39,772 nt of DNA, from the IMG/VR virus record IMGVR_UViG_3300045988_162015. The stretch is one strand, 5' to 3'. The notes beneath the pieces were generated by a model. It did not search any database, was not told the DNA's origin, and was given only the letters and a program-made list of their open reading frames with translations. The stretch's first letter is position 1; every line of letters starts with the position of its first letter. Both the position numbers and the translations under genes were made by a program. This document shows positions 34,001 through 39,772 of the stretch, piece after piece. This DNA comes from a virus.

Positions 34001-37000
34001 CCTTTATTACCATTTTCAGTAGTTAAATATTTCCCGCCGTCTCCTTTAGTAACCAATGAGCCTTCAGAAGCTACACTTATAGTATCTCCAATAGTTCTCT
34101 TAAGTTCCGCTATTCGTGCTGGGTCTGCATTCGTTGGGTCTTTCATAATCTCTGCAATTTCCTAGAAAGCATTAAATAAAATTTGCAACTAAGAAGTATT
34201 AAAATGAATACCGACTTGTCCCATAGCATTAATATAACCACACATTTCTTCTATAGATCCGCCAAGAGGAGCAAGTGCAGCTAATGCTTGTGAAGCATCT
34301 GCCGTAATTCTACCATTAACTACAAATCCATCATTCTAAGATAAAAGATTGGTTATTTCATTTAGTTTAGTCTAAGCCGCAGTATATAAAGCTGAAAAAT
34401 CTAATTTTCCAGCAGATTCATTTATTTTTTCGATTAAAGCACTATCTACCTAAGAAAACATATCTAAGACTTTACCAGCTAAAGCTGCTTCATCATCATT
34501 ACCCCATAAAAATTTTTCTATTAATGGTTGATTCATCTAATAATCTGATTCAGAAAAATTAAATAAATCTTTTACTTTTTGTTTTAAGTCAGCTTCCACT
34601 TCAGCAGTATCTTCGCCTTCATCATGCAATTCTTTATATTTTGTTTTTAATTCACTAATTTCTTTGGTAGCTTCTTTTATTTCATTATTACGTAAAGCAT
34701 TATATAAATTATTAATAGCTTTTTGGGCGGCATTAGCATTATCTCCAGCCTACTCCATCTCATAATTATACTAATTTAAAGCTTCAGTATTACCTTCAAT
34801 ATCTTGATTTTTAGCAGCCCAACTTACTAAACCTTGCTAGCTAGCCTCATCCCCTAAATTAAAGCCTGTCATTTGATTCATTTCTTTTACTGAATTAGCA
34901 TCAGTATAAGCATTAGTTCTTAATAAATCAGCATTATATGATCCATCAATATTAGCCATATAAGCATCTATTATTCCTTGAATAATATCAGCCTAAGTAG
35001 CTGAATCCTAACGTTTATAATAATCTAAATCATAGTTACCTACTTCATCAGTACCAACTAATTTTGCTATTTCTTCAGAACTACCAAAAATATCTAGCAT
35101 TTGCTACATATAACGGCCTCGAATATCTGTAAAATTCCCAGCTGCCATAGCTGCTAAATTATTATCATAATCCTATCCATTAATGCGTATTCTAGTGCCT
35201 AAATTAAACTAATCATTCCAATTATCCTAAGCAGTTTCGGCAACATTATGCTATTCTTCAGCTTTATCTATTCCAGCCTAAGTTAAAGCATTTTTATCTT
35301 TAGTATCAAAATCCTTAACTTTTATATATTCGTCTGGACCAGTCTAAACATAATAATCTTCAGGATTTAACCCAGCAGCTTTAAAACCTTTAGTAATCTC
35401 ATCATATTTTTCTTGAGTGATAGAACTACCGACTTCTTGACCCATCAAGTTAAAAATTTCAATTAACAAATCTCTAAAAGTAGTAAAATCTTCTATAGGC
35501 AATTTATTAGCAGTTTCTTGCATCATATCATAGAAGCCTTTCCAAGCTCCTTCATCATCTGATACAACAATGCCTAAATCTTCTAGGGTATCAATAAATT
35601 CTTCCCAAGTTCCAGAAGACCAATCAAAATCAGCTATTTTATTTAACTAATCAAAAGTTAAATCTTTTCCTACTGTATTAATTGCTTCGGTAAACGCAAC
35701 AACCCCATTTTTACCTGCCACTTTAAATATATCTTCTGCAATCTAAGAAATACGAGATTTTAATGAAACACTATATCCTTCAAATTCATCAATTGCTTTT
35801 GATATATCATCTTCATCTTCAAGCCCTAATATATATTTAAATGCTTTATTATTACTTATATCTTCAATATTAGCAATCTAATGCGATGCTTCTTCTACTA
35901 TAGCTTCACCTAATTCTTTACCGCTAGTTACGCCTAATTCTTTCATCATATTAGACATATATGATTTTACAGTTTCTTGCTATTCAGGCTCTAATATATT
36001 AAAATCTTTACCAAATAAGCTCTATCCAATTAAATTCTATAAATCTTCATCTTCAAAGCCTTTTTCTATATCTGTTTTTAACTATTCAAGCTAATCTTGA
36101 GTAAAATTACCTAAATCACCATCATTGCCAAAAAATTCTAAAATACCTTGACCCACAATTCCCTAATTACTCATACCAGTCTAAAATTTTTGAGCCATAG
36201 CATAAGTAGTCTAAAGTTCTTCTCCCATAGCCTACATAGTAGCTATTGCAGTAGCAACTTCTGAGAATAATATAGTTTTTCCATTCTCTAATTGGAATGA
36301 CCTATTCTAACCTTCACCAATTACAGAATTTTTCTAGTTTAATTTATATTCACTATCATTTTTATCAATTTTAGCCGCTGCTAAATAAGCATCCCATAAA
36401 TTACGTAAAGCTTGATCTCCTTTACCAGCTCCACCAGCATTTTCATCGTGAGTTCCTATTTCTCGGTCCTTACCAGTTCCGTCATCCCAACTAATAGTTC
36501 CATTGTCATTATAAAAGCTATCTTTAATAGCTTCAATATTAGCATCTACCAAAGCGGTGGTTATTTTAGCATCTTCAGTAGACATAGTATTTAATCCAAG
36601 AGCCTATTGGACTGAAGCTTCTTTCGTAACCTATAATGTAGCGTCAGTATTTGCTTGTATTACTTTTGAGACATTAGATATAGCAGCTTGAACATCATCA
36701 GTATTAAATTTATCTGCAATTTTCTAGGCATAATCATTTAAAGTCGTATTGTCATTGAGAGTTTCAAATCCGTTATTCTTTAATGCCTATTCGATAATAC
36801 TAACTTGTTCTTCCTAACTTTTATTCTATAAATTTTCCTAATTATTCAAAATTAAATCTGCTATACCTGGCATTACTGAAGTATATTGTCCATTTTTTGT
36901 TAATCCTCCAGTTGTAGTACCACTCTAAATATTAAGAACATCCTAAAGATTACTTGTTAAGTTCTATTTAGCTTTTTCAATATTTAAGTCTTCTAAATTG

Positions 37001-39772
37001 CTTTGTTCATTAGCTAAAGCATATTGCTATTGAAGAATCTATTTATCATAAATAGACTATAATTTATCAACAGCATTTTGATCTATCCAAATTTCACCAG
37101 TATCTTTCTTGCCCCAAGCACCTTCCATATTCTTTAACTCAGGATAAGTATTTAAAATATTAAGAGCTTCTTCATTAGTTTTAGCTAACTATTCACGCCA
37201 TTCTTTAGTACCAACAGTGCATTCATCTAAGGCCGATTTAACAGAACTATAATTATTAAATACTGATTTTAGCTATTCAGCTTTATTTTTTGTTTCTTCT
37301 AACTATGATTTAAAACTTTCAATAGCTTTCTCTGACCGTTCAATTTGAGCATCTAATGAATAACTTTCAGCAGCTTTATAAGCTTTAACCAAAAGCCAAA
37401 CAACAGCTACTACTGCCGCGATTGCCGCCGCATATTTTGCAAATATAAGGACTGATTTGCCTAACATAGCACTTAACGCGGCACCGCTACCCTAAGCGTC
37501 TATCTAAGCTTTAGCCTATTGCTATAATTGTCTACTTACTTCACCAGTTATTACATTAGTTTTATTATCTTTGAAATAAGCCTTTTTTAATTGATTAAAT
37601 TTTTTATTAATAAGGTCATTATATTCTTTCTCAAAATTTTGAGTATCTTTAATTCCTAACTTAGCAGAAAAAGCATTAAATCCACTCTAAAGAATTTTTC
37701 CCTTCTTTGTATTACTAAAACCTGAACCACCAGATTTTATTTTTTCCTAAAATGCTTCTCCTAACTAAGTACCATCCATACCAGTCGCAATAGAAATAAT
37801 ATTAGTTCCTAAACTACCAGCATTTTTGACTATAGCCTAAATTCCAGAATTTAAAGATTTAAAACCATTAACTAAAGAAGGCAAAGCTATGCTTGCGGAC
37901 ATTATTCCTGAACTTAATTTTTCACCAAAATTTAAATCATCATCAGATAATGTTTCAAGTAATCCTTTAAAACTGGTTACTCCTATACTAAATTGGCTTA
38001 TGCCCTAAACTGTAGTAACTAACCCATTAGAAAAATTACTAATAGCTCCTTGGCTTTTTGCCAAAGTTTTCTAAAAATCATTTATTGAATCTGTATATTT
38101 TTTATTAGCATTATTACTTTGTATTAAAGTTTCTTTTTCTTTTACATAGCCATTTAAACATTGACGTAATGCTTCAACCTATTTTTTAGTAGCTCCATCT
38201 GCACTGACCTTATTATTTACATATTTATCTAAAACTATATTAACATCTTTTAAATTATTTATTTCTTCTATGATCTAATTTCTATATCGAGACTAAATAT
38301 TACTTGGTTTATCAGAAGCGTCTTTAGCTGATTGTATTAATGAATTTAACTTGTTAAATCTCTAATCATTATCTAATCCTTTAATATTATTAAATTTAGC
38401 CAAAAAATTCTAATAAGAATCACTATTATCAAATTTCTAAGAATTTAACTATTTTAAAACCTTATTATTATAAAAACTATCAATTAATTTTTGTCCAGCT
38501 TTATAATTCTTATCAAAATATTTTACACCAGTTTCTCCGCCAAAATTTTCATTAGTGGTAAGAAAAATCTAGTTTCTTGCATCTCGTAAACTATCCTAAG
38601 TCTATTGCTGCTAATTCTCTATGCTTCTTTTAGCTTGTATGGCAATATCTCCATAAGCCTAAGAAATTTTTAATAAAGTCTAAAGTCTTAATTTATCTGT
38701 CTCATTTAATTGGCTATTAGCTATCTGTAAATCATAAGATGCCTAAGCCGCATTAATCATTGTAGTAGTTTCTAAAGTAACAGAACCCTAATCCGATAAT
38801 GCCATTTTAGATTCAGGCGAAAAAGATTGCAAGGTCTAAATCATCGCTTTTTTCATAATTGCAGCCTAATTTTCAGCAGCTCCACTATCAATAAATAAAT
38901 TGGAAGCCATACGCTACATATTATTTACAATATCAGGACCAAAACTCTTTAACATTAAGGTAGAAATAACACTTAATACCCCGGGTAATCCACCTAATGA
39001 ATCAATCAATTTACTTGTAATATTTAATGTGTCACTTAATGTATTATTTAATCCAATAAAAAATTTATCATTAACTAATTGTTTATAAATTTCTTCAAGA
39101 GAAGCCTGCACTCGCTTTTTAGAAGCTTCCCAGCTCTCAGCAAAAATATCAGCTTGCTCTTGTAAAGTACCCTTAGAATTTTTAGCCACTCCAACTAGCT
39201 CTTTAAAATAATCTTTATTCTCCATAAGATTAACTAATTGAGTGTATTGACGAACACCACCAACAGTCTATGCAAGAGCTACTTGTTCAGCACGACTTAA
39301 ACTATCCCACTTATTCATCATTTCATCAAGGATAGTATTCATATCTTTTAACTCACCCTATTGGTCTTTAATACTAATACCAACTTTTTCAAGGGCTTTA
39401 GAATATTTATTTAAATCAGTACCATCTTCAAGAGTTTCTCCGAGAGTCAAACCCTAAATACGAGCGAATAAAGTTTTAAGGCTATTACCTACTGTGTTTG
39501 CACTTTCACGTGTTTTAGCAGTTAATGTAGCTAATGCAGATGTAGCATATTCATAACTAAGACCAATAGTATTGGCGACAGACGCGAATTTCTATATACC
39601 TTCTGAAATTTCATCAGTACTAGAAGCAGTATATGCACCAAGCTTAGTCATTACATCTGCATAATATTCAAGAGATTTGCTACCATCATAGAAGTTATTC
39701 CAAACAGCAGTTAACTAATCAGATACTTTAGAAGCACTTTCACCTGCTGCATTAGCCATTTTAATAGTAACG
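31063..39772 (-). CDS. tail tape measure protein, at least 2900 aa, TP901-type N-terminal core. Roughly 110 in-frame TAG codons. The 5' end is at ATG 39759 or beyond the window.
   Basis: A row-by-row codon scan of 31066-39772 in one frame found only TAG interruptions. The N-terminal region MANAAGESASKVSDQLTAVWNNF...TIGLSYEYATSALATLTAKTRESANTVGNSLKTLFARI matches the tape measure core. There is a central hydrophobic segment, extensive coiled coil and a Gly7 run. TGA at 31063-31065. Confidence 0.85.

Noticed and set aside
1-39772. TGA to Trp (code 4) or a general loss of stop codons as the explanation for the fragmented ORFs.
   Set aside because: TGA and TAA occur at gene ends with correct spacing to downstream RBSs. 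Only TAG is found inside conserved domains.
13831-39772. Interpreting the minus-strand fragments as a decayed prophage full of pseudogenes.
   Set aside because: In about 26 kb every interruption is TAG. The frame never shifts, and the RBSs, gene overlaps and terminators are intact. That is incompatible with random decay.
1-39772. tRNA genes (including a suppressor tRNA) and CRISPR arrays.
   Set aside because: No cloverleaf-like T-arm/anticodon-arm candidates or direct-repeat arrays were found in the intergenic stretches. A suppressor tRNA, if present, lies outside this window.

Overview
This window is a dense, AT-rich segment of a bacteriophage (or prophage) genome whose genes can only be read if TAG is translated as glutamine rather than as a stop. 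Support for that recoding (genetic code 15-like):

- The fragmented six-frame ORFs on both strands join into long, single-frame genes once TAG is read through.
- Every interruption in those genes is TAG. TAA and TGA still fall at sensible gene ends.
- TAG sits at conserved Gln positions, for example helicase motif GDPF[TAG]LPPV at 868-870 and the NrdD segment KLAL[TAG] at 8346-8348. It also lies inside the conserved DnaE core just before the GYAFSLNHS block (4963-4965).
- TAG alternates with CAA/CAG in Gln-rich runs.

Layout. Bases 1-13.8 kb on the + strand are an early, replication and nucleotide-metabolism module. It holds a Pif1/RecD-like helicase, a roughly 1330-aa DnaE-like polymerase with a TTG start, and a guanylate-kinase-like protein. 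It also holds the anaerobic ribonucleotide reductase NrdD, interrupted by an 850-nt group I intron that carries a GIY-YIG homing endonuclease, followed by NrdG, dUTPase and a RuvC-like resolvase. This module converges on a bidirectional terminator at about 13.79-13.83 kb.

Bases 13.8-39.8 kb on the - strand are a late, structural module:

- a tape measure protein of at least 2900 aa, carrying roughly 110 in-frame TAG codons and running off the window edge;
- four consecutive genes of about 1100-1200 aa each, probably tail, baseplate or adsorption proteins;
- a small membrane protein;
- an intrinsic terminator;
- a separate cluster of small, unusual proteins (Gln-rich, or Gly/Trp/Cys-rich) that includes one gene invisible to a standard-code ORF call.

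TAG density is strongly skewed. It is about 0.5-1% of codons in early genes and about 3-4% (up to about 11%) in late genes. No tRNA, rRNA or CRISPR array was seen. Coordinates not anchored to the supplied ORF track were derived by hand and may be off by a few nt.
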